Shown: piece by piece, positions 39,130-48,475 of the stretch
Position numbering within the stretch: the stretch's first letter is position 1
Layout of the letters: each line of letters opens with the position of its first letter
From: Chloroflexota bacterium
GTDB lineage: Bacteria > Chloroflexota > Dehalococcoidia > UBA2979
Direction: 5' to 3'
Assembly (NCBI GenBank): GCA_045863195.1
Contig: BTUI01000010.1
Coordinates: 15,851-79,850, forward strand
Length of the DNA stretch: 64,000 nt
The notes under the pieces: model-generated
Told to the model about the DNA's origin: nothing
The model's database searches: none
Seen by the model: the letters and a program-made list of their open reading frames with translations, nothing else
Program-made: the position numbers and the translations under genes

Positions 39130-40422
39130 TTGAACGAAGTGTCTCCGATTCTGTGGACCCCGCGCGACGGGAACCCGAGCACCCTCGGGCGTCGCACCTT
39201 CCTGCGTGGCGCCGGCGCCGGCATGCTTGGCCTGGCCGGGGCGGCGCTCATCGGCTGCTCCGACGACGGCGAAGAGGCGACCGCGACGGCGACCGCTGCC
39301 GCGACCGGCACCGTCGCCGCCGGCGACCCCTCCGCGACCCCCGCCGCCCTCGAGAAGACCGAGGTGCGCGTTGGGTACCTGCCGATCACGGACTCCACGC
39401 CGCTGGTCCTGGCGCACGGCCTGAACTACTACCAGGAGGCGGGCCTCACCGCCCCCGACCCGACGCTGTTCCGCGGCTGGGCGCAGATCGCGGAGGCATT
39501 CCAGGCGCGCCAGCTGGATGTGGTGCATCTGCTCATGCCGATGGCGATCTGGCTGAAGTTCGGCCAGAACGTCCCGCTGCGCCTGGTGGCGTGGAACCAC
39601 ACGGGCGGCTCCGCACTGACGGTGGCGCCGAGCGTCAACGCGGTCTCCGACCTCTCCGGCAAGACCGTCGCCATCCCGTTCTGGTACTCCATCCACAACG
39701 TGGTGCTGCAGATGCTGCTCCGCGAGGCGGGACTGAAGGTGCTCACCCAGGGCGAGCCCTCCGCCCAGAACAGCGAGGTCAAGTTGGTTGTCATGGCCCC
39801 GCCGGACATGCCGACCGCCCTCGCGAACGGCGCCATCGCCGGCTACATCGTGGCCGACCCGTTCAACGCCGTTGCCGAGGTGAACAACGTGGGCAAGATC
39901 CTGCGCTTCATCCCGGACGTGTGGTTCGAGCACGCCTGCTGCGTGGCGATCATGCACGAGGACGACGTGACGGAGCGCCCGAACTACACGCAGGCCGTGG
40001 TGAACAGCCTGGCCCGGGCGCAGGTGTACGCGCGCGAGAACCGCGCGGAGGCGGCGCGCATCCTCTCCGGCGACGGCAATAACTACCTGCCGCAGCCGCG
40101 CCCGGTCATCGAGCGCGCGCTCACCCACTACGACGTGGGCGAGTACGGCCCGAGCGGCGCGATCAAGCACGCCGACTGGAACACGGAGCGCATCGACTTC
40201 CAGCCGTTCCCGTACGGCTCTTACACGGAGGAACTGGTGCGCCAGTTGAAGAACACGGTGGTGGAGGGCGACAACTCGTTCCTTCAGAACCTGGACCCGG
40301 CGGAGGCGCACCGCCTGCTCGTGGAGGACAAGTACGCGCGCGCGGCGATCGACCACGCGGGCGGCGCCGCGAAGTTCGAGGTCGACGCGTCGCTCCAGCG
40401 CACCGAGCGGATCGGCGTGTGA
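39130..40422 (+). CDS. ABC substrate-binding lipoprotein (NrtA/CmpA/SsuA-like), Tat signal
   Basis: GRRTFL, lipobox IGC, GYLPITD, IPFWYSIHN, HACC. Start uncertain. Confidence 0.88.
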   Translation: MNEVSPILWTPRDGNPSTLGRRTFLRGAGAGMLGLAGAALIGCSDDGEEATATATAAATGTVAAGDPSATPAALEKTEVRVGYLPITDSTPLVLAHGLNYYQEAGLTAPDPTLFRGWAQIAEAFQARQLDVVHLLMPMAIWLKFGQNVPLRLVAWNHTGGSALTVAPSVNAVSDLSGKTVAIPFWYSIHNVVLQMLLREAGLKVLTQGEPSAQNSEVKLVVMAPPDMPTALANGAIAGYIVADPFNAVAEVNNVGKILRFIPDVWFEHACCVAIMHEDDVTERPNYTQAVVNSLARAQVYARENRAEAARILSGDGNNYLPQPRPVIERALTHYDVGEYGPSGAIKHADWNTERIDFQPFPYGSYTEELVRQLKNTVVEGDNSFLQNLDPAEAHRLLVEDKYARAAIDHAGGAAKFEVDASLQRTERIGV

Positions 40423-41306
40423 GATCGCAGCCCGCCCCCGGCGCGGCGACTGCAGGTGCAGGGCGAGGCTCCCGCGGCCGCGCCCTGGCCCTGGCCGTCG
40501 CCTACCCGGTGGCGGGCTTCCTCGCACTCCTCGCCCTCTGGTGGGGGTGGATCACCTTCTTCGTGGAGCCCGGTTCGTTCCAGGCGGCGTTCGCACCGGA
40601 CCGCGCGTTCGGCGCGCTCCGGCGTCTGCTGGAGGACGGGACGCTCAACCGCCACGTCATCGCCAGCCTGAAGCGGATCGCGGTGGGCCTCGGGATCGCG
40701 ACGGTGATCGGCATCCCGTTCGGGCTGGCGCTCGGCGGTCTGCCCGTGTTCGCGAAGGCGGCGGGGCTGGTCACCTCCTTCGTGCGGATGATCTCGCCGC
40801 TCTCCTGGACGCCCCTCGCGATCATCTGGTTCGGCGTCGGCGACCCGCCGGTCTACTTCCTCATCGCCATTGGCGCGGTCTGGCCGATCGCGCTCAGCAC
40901 GAGCGCTGGCGTCGCCTCGCTCGACCGGCAGTGGATCATGCTCGCGCGGAGCCTCCGGGCGAGCCGCCTGGAACTGCTCAGGACGATCATCTGGCCGGGC
41001 GTCCGCGGCGATGTGCTGACGGGCCTCCGGCTGGGCCTCACCACCGCGTGGATCATCCTCGTGCCGGCGGAGATGCTCGGCGTGGACTCCGGGATGGGCT
41101 ACTTCATCCTGGACTCGCGTGACCGCTTCGCGTACGCGGACCTCGTCGCCGCGATCATCGTGATCGGCGCGCTCGGCTTCGTCCTGGACCGCCTCGCGCA
41201 GTACTTCCTCACCCCGCGCCGCCGCACCCGCGCCCGAGGCGTGGCGACGCCGGTCGTCCGCTCCGCGGGCGCGCCGCTCCCTGGCCCGGCGGAGTACCGC
41301 ATCTAG
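40419..41306 (+). CDS. ABC permease (SsuC/TauC-like)
   Basis: SLKRI, RMISPLSWTP, LVPAEMLG. Confidence 0.9.
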   Translation: MRSQPAPGAATAGAGRGSRGRALALAVAYPVAGFLALLALWWGWITFFVEPGSFQAAFAPDRAFGALRRLLEDGTLNRHVIASLKRIAVGLGIATVIGIPFGLALGGLPVFAKAAGLVTSFVRMISPLSWTPLAIIWFGVGDPPVYFLIAIGAVWPIALSTSAGVASLDRQWIMLARSLRASRLELLRTIIWPGVRGDVLTGLRLGLTTAWIILVPAEMLGVDSGMGYFILDSRDRFAYADLVAAIIVIGALGFVLDRLAQYFLTPRRRTRARGVATPVVRSAGAPLPGPAEYRI

Positions 41307-41451
41307 GCGCCCGCCCCCCGACGTTGCTTCCCGCCTCCATAGTTGACGTGCGCGTACACGTTCGTGATAGTGCCGCTGCCACCGCGCGCCGGGACACCCT
41401 CGGCGGCCGCGTCGAGGCGGGCCGGCCTGCTGCGCCGGGAAGGGACTCACG

Positions 41452-42663
41452 ATGGACTGGAACGACACGCCGGAACAGGCGGCCTTCCGCCAGGAAGTGC
41501 GCTCGCTGATCCAGACGCGCCTCCCGGAGCGCTACCGCGGCGCGACCGAGGAGGAAGGCTCCTGGGGCGCCGACCGCAAGTCGAGCAACGAACAGGTGCG
41601 CCAGGCCGCGATGGACTGGGCGAACGCCCTCGCGGAGAAGGGCTGGGTCGCCCCGCACTGGCCGAAGGAGTACGGCGGCGCGGGCCTCACCCCCATGGAG
41701 CAGTTCATCTTCCGCCAGGAGATGGCGCAGGCCGGCGCTCCCGCGGTCGGCGGCATGGGCGTGCAGATGCTCGGCCCCACGCTGATTGTCCACGGGTCGC
41801 CGGAGCAGAAGGCCGCGCACCTGCCGAAGATCCTCTCCGGCGAGGTGGCGTGGTGCCAGGGCTACTCCGAGCCGGGCGCCGGCTCGGACCTCGCCAGCCT
41901 GCAGACGCGCGCCGTCCGCGACGGTGACGAGTACGTGATCAACGGCCAGAAGATCTGGACCTCCGGCGCGCACAACGCCGACTGGATGTTCGCCCTCGTG
42001 CGGACCGACCCGGATGCGCCGAAGCACCGCGGCATCTCGTTCTTGATCATGGACCGCCACACGCCGGGCATCACCATCCGCCCGCTCATCAACATGGGCT
42101 GGCGGCACGGCTTCAACGAGACGTTCTTCGAGGACGTCCGCGTCCCCGCCAAGAACGTCGTCGGCGAGGTCAACCGAGGCTGGTACGTGGGCGCCTCGCT
42201 GCTCGACTTCGAGCGCTCCAACATCCAGGGCGCGATCACGACGCGGCGCTCCATCAGCGACCTCGTCGAGTACGTGAAGACGCCGGACGGCCGGATGAAG
42301 TCGAAGTTGGGCACCAGCGGTGCGCTCCGCCATGAACTGGCGGAGGAGTACGTGCAGACGGAGGTGCTGTTCAACTTCTCGTTCCGCATCATCTCCATGC
42401 AGAACCGCGGCCTCATCCCGAACTACGAGGCCTCCACGGCGAAGTTGTACGCCTCCGAGCTGGTCCAGCGGCTGGCGAACACGGGCACGAAGATCTTCGG
42501 CCTGTACTCCAACATCTGGGACGACCACGACCCGAAGGCGCCGCTGAAGGCGCGCTTCACCCACTCGTACGTGATGGACGTCCCGCGCACCATCGCGGGC
42601 GGCACGTCAGAGGTGCAGCGCAACATCATCGCCACGCGCGGCCTGGGTCTGCCCCGCGGCTAG
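41452..42663 (+). CDS. Acyl-CoA dehydrogenase (FadE17/26-like)
   Basis: WPKEYGG, WCQGYSEPGAGSDLASL, NGQKIWTS, TIAGGTSEVQRNIIA. Confidence 0.92.
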   Translation: MDWNDTPEQAAFRQEVRSLIQTRLPERYRGATEEEGSWGADRKSSNEQVRQAAMDWANALAEKGWVAPHWPKEYGGAGLTPMEQFIFRQEMAQAGAPAVGGMGVQMLGPTLIVHGSPEQKAAHLPKILSGEVAWCQGYSEPGAGSDLASLQTRAVRDGDEYVINGQKIWTSGAHNADWMFALVRTDPDAPKHRGISFLIMDRHTPGITIRPLINMGWRHGFNETFFEDVRVPAKNVVGEVNRGWYVGASLLDFERSNIQGAITTRRSISDLVEYVKTPDGRMKSKLGTSGALRHELAEEYVQTEVLFNFSFRIISMQNRGLIPNYEASTAKLYASELVQRLANTGTKIFGLYSNIWDDHDPKAPLKARFTHSYVMDVPRTIAGGTSEVQRNIIATRGLGLPRG

Positions 42664-42686
42664 CGGCCGCACGCTCACGGCAACAG

Positions 42687-42712
42687 GAAGGCCCGCCATC
42701 CGGCGGGCCTTC
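42687..42712. terminator. Terminator between convergent genes
   Basis: GAAGGCCCGCC-ATCC-GGCGGGCCTTC, perfect 11-bp stem. Confidence 0.72.
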
Positions 42713-42736
42713 TCGTTGCGCGCGGTCCGCGCGAGG

Positions 42737-43420
42737 TCAGGAGGCGGGGCGCGGCGGCACCGGGTTCGCTTCCCGCCACGCGAACCAGTTGGACTTGGGC
42801 AGCGTGCCGGCCTTGAACTTCGCCTTGGTCTCCGCGAACACGCGGTCGATCTCGGCGTGGAACTCCTCCAGCGTGCCGTTGTTGTGGAAGACGTGGTCGG
42901 CGGCCGGCGCGCGGTCCTGCCACTTGCGCTGCGAGTCGAGGCGCTGCTGTGCCTCCGCGTCGTTGAAGTTGTTGCGCGCCATCAGGCGAGGCTTCGCGAT
43001 CTCGTCAGAGGCCGCGACCAGCCAGGTCGCGTCGCACCACTGCGAGTAGTTCGCCTCGATGAGGTTCACCGCTTCGAGGATCGCGACATCGTCCGGCCCG
43101 AGGGTGGCACGCCACCGCTCGATCGTCGTGCGCATCTCGTCTTCGATGTTCCCGATCGCACGCGTCCACCGGCGCATGTTCTCCGGGTTGCCGAAGACGA
43201 GGGCGCCGACCTTCTTGCGGTCGATGTAGCCGTCCTCGCCCACGATCTCCTGGCCGAACTCCTTCACCGCGTTGTCGAAGCCCGGCTTCCCGGGGTCGAA
43301 CATGCGGTGGACGATCTTGTCGGCGTCGCCGTGCGTGACGCCGTACTTCTCCACGAGGTAGGTGCACAGGCCGCTCTTGCCGGTGGCAATCGACCCGGAC
43401 ACGCCGATGATCATGGGCAT
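42737..43420 (-). CDS. coaE: Dephospho-CoA kinase
   Basis: IGVSGSIATGKS, DADKIVH, IDRKKVGALVF, RLMARN. Confidence 0.85.
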   Translation of the reverse strand: MPMIIGVSGSIATGKSGLCTYLVEKYGVTHGDADKIVHRMFDPGKPGFDNAVKEFGQEIVGEDGYIDRKKVGALVFGNPENMRRWTRAIGNIEDEMRTTIERWRATLGPDDVAILEAVNLIEANYSQWCDATWLVAASDEIAKPRLMARNNFNDAEAQQRLDSQRKWQDRAPAADHVFHNNGTLEEFHAEIDRVFAETKAKFKAGTLPKSNWFAWREANPVPPRPAS

Positions 43421-43552
43421 GCAGGACTCGCTTTCATCGCAGGTGCGCGCGCAGACTACCGCCCGCGCGCCTCATCTGCACCCCCGCGCCGGGCCAGCAG
43501 ACCCAGTATCCTCCGGCAGCGCGCCACGCGGGAGTGGCCGGGCCGGGAGGGC

Positions 43553-44635
43553 ATGATGGCCGGACAACCGTTGCGAGTCGGCGTGGTCGGCGTGGGGTTC
43601 GGGGCGACCGTCCACGTCCCCGCGTTCCAGTCCGAGGGCTGGGAGGTCCGCGCGATCTCCAGCCGGAGCGAAGACCGCGTCCGCAGGGCCGCCGCCGACC
43701 TCGGCGTGGCGGAGGCGCTGACCGACTGGCGTGAACTCGTCGCCCGCCCGGACATCGATGCCGTCGCCGTCTCTACGCCGCCGGCCGCGCACCACGAGAT
43801 CGTGACCGCCGCGCTCAGCGCCGGGAAGCACGTCCTGTGCGAGAAGCCGTTCGCCCTCAGTGCCACCGAGGCTGCCTCGATGGCCGCGCTGGCGAAGGAG
43901 CGCGGCCTGACGGCGATGGTGGCGCACGAGTTCCGCCACGCGCCGCAGCGCGCGCAGGTGCGCGAGTTGCTGGACGAGGGCGCCATCGGCACCCCGCAAC
44001 TGGTCTCCGCGGAGTTGTTCCTCGGACGCGCCGCGCCGGCCACGCCGCCACCGGCCACCTGGGCGAGCCGCGCCTCCGAGGGCGGCGGGTTCCTCGGCGC
44101 GCTCGGGTCGCACTACATCGACGGCCTGCGCCACTGGTTTGGCGACGTCGCCTCCGTCTCCGGCACGCTCCTGACGCTGCGCGCGGAGCGGTTGGAGGGC
44201 GGTGCGGTGATGATGGCGGACACCGACGACTCGTTCTCGATCACGCTCACGTTCCGCAGCGGCGTCGTCGCGACGATGGTCGCGTCCTCCGCCGTCTCGC
44301 CTTCACAGGGCGCGCGGATCACCGTCGCCGGGTCGGGCGGCGTGCTCTTGCTCACGCAGCGCGGCCCGAACCCGGAGCCGGACGGCATCGTCCTCGCCGG
44401 GAAGGCGGCCGACCGCGCCCTGACGCCGCGGGAGATGCCGTCGCGCTTCCGCCCGTTCGAGGATGACCGTGACCCGCGCCTCGTGGCGTTCCGGCTGCTG
44501 GTGCGCGACTTCGAGGCGGGCATCCGCGAGGGGCGGTCGCCCTCCCCGAACTTCGAGGACGGCCTGAAGTGCCAGCAGGTGTTGGACGCGGTGCGCGAGT
44601 CGGCCCGGACGGGCCGCCGGATCGAGATCGCCTAG
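43553..44635 (+). CDS. Gfo/Idh/MocA oxidoreductase
   Basis: GVVGVGFG, GKHVLCEKP, GGGFLGALGSHYID. Confidence 0.9.
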   Translation: MMAGQPLRVGVVGVGFGATVHVPAFQSEGWEVRAISSRSEDRVRRAAADLGVAEALTDWRELVARPDIDAVAVSTPPAAHHEIVTAALSAGKHVLCEKPFALSATEAASMAALAKERGLTAMVAHEFRHAPQRAQVRELLDEGAIGTPQLVSAELFLGRAAPATPPPATWASRASEGGGFLGALGSHYIDGLRHWFGDVASVSGTLLTLRAERLEGGAVMMADTDDSFSITLTFRSGVVATMVASSAVSPSQGARITVAGSGGVLLLTQRGPNPEPDGIVLAGKAADRALTPREMPSRFRPFEDDRDPRLVAFRLLVRDFEAGIREGRSPSPNFEDGLKCQQVLDAVRESARTGRRIEIA

Positions 44636-45483
44636 CGGGGGGCCTCGATCGCCCGCCGCAGCGCGGCCAGCGTCTCGGGCGCGTGGCCGAGGTCGAGCCG
44701 CAGGAGTTCGGCCGCCAGCGCGCGGTACAGCGCGGCGAGGTCGGGCGTCGTCGTGAGCGCCGCGAGGTGCCGCTCGACCGTCTCCACGTCGCCGCGCGCG
44801 ACCGGGCCGGTGAGCGCCCGCTCCAGCGGCAGCGCCGCCACGTTGCGGGCGGCGGCCAGGAGCAGCGGGGCCAGCGCCTCCCGCGCCGCCTCGGGTGACA
44901 ACCCCGCCGCGGACCAGGTCCGCGCCGCCGCCGCCATCAGGGCGACGGCATCGTTCGAGGCGAAGACCGCCGCGGCGTGGTAGGCCGCGCGGTCGACGCC
45001 CTCCAGGCGGACGCTCCGCGCACCGAGCGCCCCTGCCAGCGCCTCCAGGCGGGCGCCCAGCGGCTCCGGCGCTTCGATCCCGCAGGTGATGCCACGGAAC
45101 AGCGCGGGCGCCTCCTGCGGGGGCGTGCCGGCGGGGAACGTCTGGAGCGGGTGCAGGCACCCGGCAAGTGCGCCTCGGTCGGTCGCGCCGGCGAGGGCTT
45201 CGAGCCCGAGCGCGCCGGAGTGGTGGACGGCCGCCTGCCCGGGGCGCCACGACAGGCGGGCCGCCAGCGGCGCGATCTCCCGGTCCGGGACGGCCAGGTA
45301 GACCACGTCGCAGCGCTCGATCAGCACCTCGACCGGCGCGCCGGTGACGCCCGGCAGCGCGAGGAGCGCCGGGGCGGGCGGACGGCGGCTCGCGACCATC
45401 ACCGGGGCGCCGGTGGCCGCGAGGGCTGCGCTGAGGGCCGTTCCGAGGCGGCCCGGGCCGATCACGCCGGACGCGACAGACAT
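44632..45483 (-). CDS. Rossmann + DUF2520 protein (PanG-like)
   Basis: IGPGRLG, LAVPD, HHSGA, HPLQTF, YHAAAVFASN, LTGPVARGD. Confidence 0.85.
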   Translation of the reverse strand: MSVASGVIGPGRLGTALSAALAATGAPVMVASRRPPAPALLALPGVTGAPVEVLIERCDVVYLAVPDREIAPLAARLSWRPGQAAVHHSGALGLEALAGATDRGALAGCLHPLQTFPAGTPPQEAPALFRGITCGIEAPEPLGARLEALAGALGARSVRLEGVDRAAYHAAAVFASNDAVALMAAAARTWSAAGLSPEAAREALAPLLLAAARNVAALPLERALTGPVARGDVETVERHLAALTTTPDLAALYRALAAELLRLDLGHAPETLAALRRAIEAPR

Positions 45484-45554
45484 TCGTCCCCCCGAAACCG
45501 CCTCATCGTATTGCGTGCAGCGACCGAAAGAGTATTGTTCCGCATCATTCCGAT

Positions 45555-45571
45555 TCGCATCACAAATGCGA
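45555..45571 (+). promoter_or_regulatory. Inverted repeat in AT-rich divergent promoter region
   Basis: TCGCAT-CACAA-ATGCGA just upstream of the GGGAGG RBS of the 45592 lipoprotein. Confidence 0.45.
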
Positions 45572-45591
45572 TATTCATGGGAGGCACCAAC

Positions 45592-46782
45592 TTGCGCCGA
45601 TCTCTAGTGGCTGGGGTGGGAGGGCTGGTGTTGTTGGCCCTCGCTGCGACTGGCTGCGCATCGGACGAGGAGACCACCGAGGCCACGGTAGAGGCCGTGG
45701 CCACGGCGGCCGCGACCGAGGAGGCGCCCACGGCCACCCCCGAACCGGCGCCGACGCCGGACGCGGGGAACATGCTGGGGGCTCTGGTGCAGATCGACGG
45801 GGCAGGCTTTGCCGCGATCGACTCGAACCTGAACGGGGAGAAGCCGGAGATCGCGGCTGCGTGGCTCGGCAAGGTCGAGAAGGCGTCGCTCGCGGCGCAG
45901 TCCGTCCTGTGGCCTGACGCGACCAAGGGCGCGGTCGACGCGTTCGTGAAGGCCGCGAACGACCTCGCGGGTGCGCTGAAGGCGGACGACGCGGCGAAGG
46001 CGGCTCCGCTGGCGAAGGCTGCCGCGGAGGCGCAGGCGGCCCTGTCCGCGGAAACCTACAAGGCGGTGTCCGCGGCCGGTGCGAAGTCGGTCACGGGCGC
46101 TGGGCCCACGCTGGGCGCCCTCGGCGTGATCAACCTCGCCGGGATCGCCACGATGGAGAAGACGCTGGTCGACGGTGGCGAGGTCAACGCCGCCTGGGAG
46201 GGCCGCGTCGCGAACGCGCGCATCGCCGCGTCCGCGCTGGAGTGGCCGGGCGAGTCGCAGGCCGCGGCGGACACGTTCATCAAGGACGCGACCGCCTTCG
46301 AGGCGGCGATCAAGGCCGGGGATGCGGCGAAGGCGACCGAGGCCGCGACGGCCCTCAACAAGTCGCGCGGCACGCTGGCGACCCGCGGCTACGGCGCCCT
46401 GTCGGGCATGCGTGAGACGGCTGACGGCAACGGCGCGAAGCTCGCGGCGCTGGCCGCGGTTGACAACGCCGCGTTCCACGACATCGACGAGACGTTGAAC
46501 GGCGACAAGGCCGAGGTCAACGCCGCGTGGGCCGGCCGCATCGGCACGGCGAAGCGAGCCGTGCAGACGATCAAGTGGGGCGAGGGCGTCCAGGACCTCG
46601 CCACGACCCTCTCGCGCGCCATCTCCGCCCTGGAGACGGAGCTCGCGGTGAAGGACAAGGACGGCAAGCCTGCCGTGGACATCGCGAAGGCCGCCGCGGC
46701 GGCCAAGGCCGCCCACGAGGCGCAGCACGCCTTCAGCGAGAAGGCGTACGCCGGCCTCGGCAGCGGGGTGAGCGCTCACTAG
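45592..46782 (+). CDS. Uncharacterised lipoprotein with three helical repeats (paralogue A)
   Basis: GGGAGG then TTG start, lipobox ATGC, three units with W..WP. His motif only in repeat 3. Confidence 0.8.
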   Translation: MRRSLVAGVGGLVLLALAATGCASDEETTEATVEAVATAAATEEAPTATPEPAPTPDAGNMLGALVQIDGAGFAAIDSNLNGEKPEIAAAWLGKVEKASLAAQSVLWPDATKGAVDAFVKAANDLAGALKADDAAKAAPLAKAAAEAQAALSAETYKAVSAAGAKSVTGAGPTLGALGVINLAGIATMEKTLVDGGEVNAAWEGRVANARIAASALEWPGESQAAADTFIKDATAFEAAIKAGDAAKATEAATALNKSRGTLATRGYGALSGMRETADGNGAKLAALAAVDNAAFHDIDETLNGDKAEVNAAWAGRIGTAKRAVQTIKWGEGVQDLATTLSRAISALETELAVKDKDGKPAVDIAKAAAAAKAAHEAQHAFSEKAYAGLGSGVSAH

Positions 46783-46888
46783 TTCGCCCTTCGGTCCCGG
46801 TGGCGGCATCCGCCGCCCCCGGGGCTCCCGGGGTGCCCGCGCTCCAGGCCGATGCGATCCTTCGGGGACCCCACCGACGGAGCGCGCC

Positions 46889-47248
46889 GTGGCCCCAGTC
46901 CCGACCTTCGCGCCGTCCCGCCGCGCACCGAGGCGTGCAGCACTGATCCTGGTGCTCGCGTGGCTGCCGGGCCTCGCCTTCTTCGGCCACTGGTCGGAAC
47001 TCGCGGCGCCGCTCGGTATCCTTCCGGCCCCGTCTCATTCGCACGCGGCGTCCGGCGACCACGCCGACCACTGTCACGCGGATGTCTCGACCTGCGCCGA
47101 CCAGGGCAGCGCGCCTGTCCCCGTGGTCCCGCCGCACCTCGCCCTCGGCGTGGCCGCGACCGTTGCCCTGCTCCTCAGCGTGAGCGGGAAGCGCCTTCCC
47201 CTCGGGCAATCGTGGCTACCGCTGACCCCTCCACCGCGCACCGCCTGA
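46889..47248 (+). CDS. Small His/Cys-rich membrane protein ending PPPRTA; candidate regulatory leader
   Basis: GGAG then GTG. Hydrophobic N-helix, HSH..HADHCH-x5-C, hydrophobic stretch, LTPPPRTA*. Confidence 0.72.
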   Translation: MAPVPTFAPSRRAPRRAALILVLAWLPGLAFFGHWSELAAPLGILPAPSHSHAASGDHADHCHADVSTCADQGSAPVPVVPPHLALGVAATVALLLSVSGKRLPLGQSWLPLTPPPRTA

Positions 47249-47295
47249 GGCGTCCCCGCGCGGGACGCACGACTCACGCGATGCCTACCGGAGGG
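47227..47295 (+). promoter_or_regulatory. Anti-SD/SD pairing plus internal hairpin ahead of paralogue B
   Basis: CCCTCC (47227-47232, in the Thr-Pro-Pro codons) complements GGAGGG (47290-47295). GCGTCCC/GGGACGC hairpin at 47250-47268. Confidence 0.55.
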
Positions 47296-47302
47296 ATTCC
47301 CC

Positions 47303-48475
47303 TTGCGACGCTCGTTGATTGCGGGTGCCGGCGGCTTGCTCTTGATCGCCGCCGTCACGTCCGCCTGCACGTCTGACTCCGATGACATGACGCCGACCAC
47401 GGCCACGGCCACGGGGACGGCCACCCACACTGCCGAGGCGACCCCTCACACCGAGGACGCACATGGTGCCGTCGACCCCGGCGACCTGCTCGCGGCGGTG
47501 ATCCACCTGGATGCCGCCGGCTTCCACGCCATGGACGACGCGCTGAACGGCGATGCGCCCGAGATCGACCCCGCGTGGCTCGGCGCCGCCCAGCGCGCGC
47601 GGGTGGCCGTGGAGGCGGTTGCGTGGCCGGAGGGCCTCACGGACGCCGTGGAGGCGTTCGTGACGGCGAGCGCGGCACTCGAGGCTGCCCTCGACGCAGA
47701 TGACGCCGCGGCCGCGGCTCCGCTGGCCGTGACGGCACACGATACGCAGCACGCCCTCAGCCACGAGGCGTACCACGCGATCGGCGAGGCGGAGCCAGCC
47801 TCCGGCGGTGGGGCGACGCTGGCGGCGCTCGTGATCGTCGGTCGTGCCGGGCTCGTAGAGATGGCGTCGACGCTCGCCGGCGAGACGCCCGCGATCGACG
47901 CCGCGTGGCTCGGACGGGTAATGAACGCGCGCGCGGCGGCGGAGGCCGTTGCATGGCCAGGCGAGTCGCAGGCCGCGGCGGACGGCTTCATCGAGGCGGC
48001 GACCGCACTGGGAGCCGCGATCGAGTCGGACGACGTTGCGGCGACCGCCTCAGCGGTCGAGGTGGCGCTGCAGGCGCAGTCGACGCTCGCCACGCGCGCC
48101 TACGGCGCGCTGTCCGGCATGCGCGGCTCGGCCTCGTCGCCCGGGACGGTGCTGGCGGCGATTGCGATCATCGACGGTGCTGGCTTCCACGCCATGGACG
48201 ACGCACTGAACGGTGACGCGCCCGAGGTCGATGCCGCGTGGGCAGCGGCTGTGACGCGAGCGAAGCGTGCCGCTCAGACCGTGGCGTGGCCGGAGGGCGT
48301 GCAGCCGGCTGCCGATGCGTTCGTCGCCGCCGCCACCGCGCTGGAGACGGCGCTGACCGCGGCGGAGGTCGACCTCGCGGCTGCGGCGGAGGCGGCGGTC
48401 GCCGCGCACGAGACGCAGCACGACCTGAGCCATGACGCGTACGCTGCACTCGGTGGTACCGCCGGTGGGCACTAA
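47303..48475 (+). CDS. Uncharacterised lipoprotein with three helical repeats (paralogue B)
   Basis: TTG start, lipobox TSAC. Repeats 1 and 3 carry GFHAMDD..AH[DE]TQHxLSH. Confidence 0.82.
   Translation: MRRSLIAGAGGLLLIAAVTSACTSDSDDMTPTTATATGTATHTAEATPHTEDAHGAVDPGDLLAAVIHLDAAGFHAMDDALNGDAPEIDPAWLGAAQRARVAVEAVAWPEGLTDAVEAFVTASAALEAALDADDAAAAAPLAVTAHDTQHALSHEAYHAIGEAEPASGGGATLAALVIVGRAGLVEMASTLAGETPAIDAAWLGRVMNARAAAEAVAWPGESQAAADGFIEAATALGAAIESDDVAATASAVEVALQAQSTLATRAYGALSGMRGSASSPGTVLAAIAIIDGAGFHAMDDALNGDAPEVDAAWAAAVTRAKRAAQTVAWPEGVQPAADAFVAAATALETALTAAEVDLAAAAEAAVAAHETQHDLSHDAYAALGGTAGGH
47519..48241 (+). repeat. Intragenic direct repeat (repeat 1 versus repeat 3 of paralogue B)
   Basis: GGCTTCCACGCCATGGACGACGC is identical at 47519 and 48182; similarity continues for about 60 nt. 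Confidence 0.75.

Noticed and set aside
42716-43552. Apparent 639-aa fusion with the Gfo/Idh/MocA domain
   Set aside because: The N-terminal part is the antisense of coaE. The real start is about 43553, after GGGAGG.
44977-45591. N-terminal extension of lipoprotein A
   Set aside because: Antisense to the DUF2520 gene. The signal peptide and the paralogue alignment place the start at TTG 45592.
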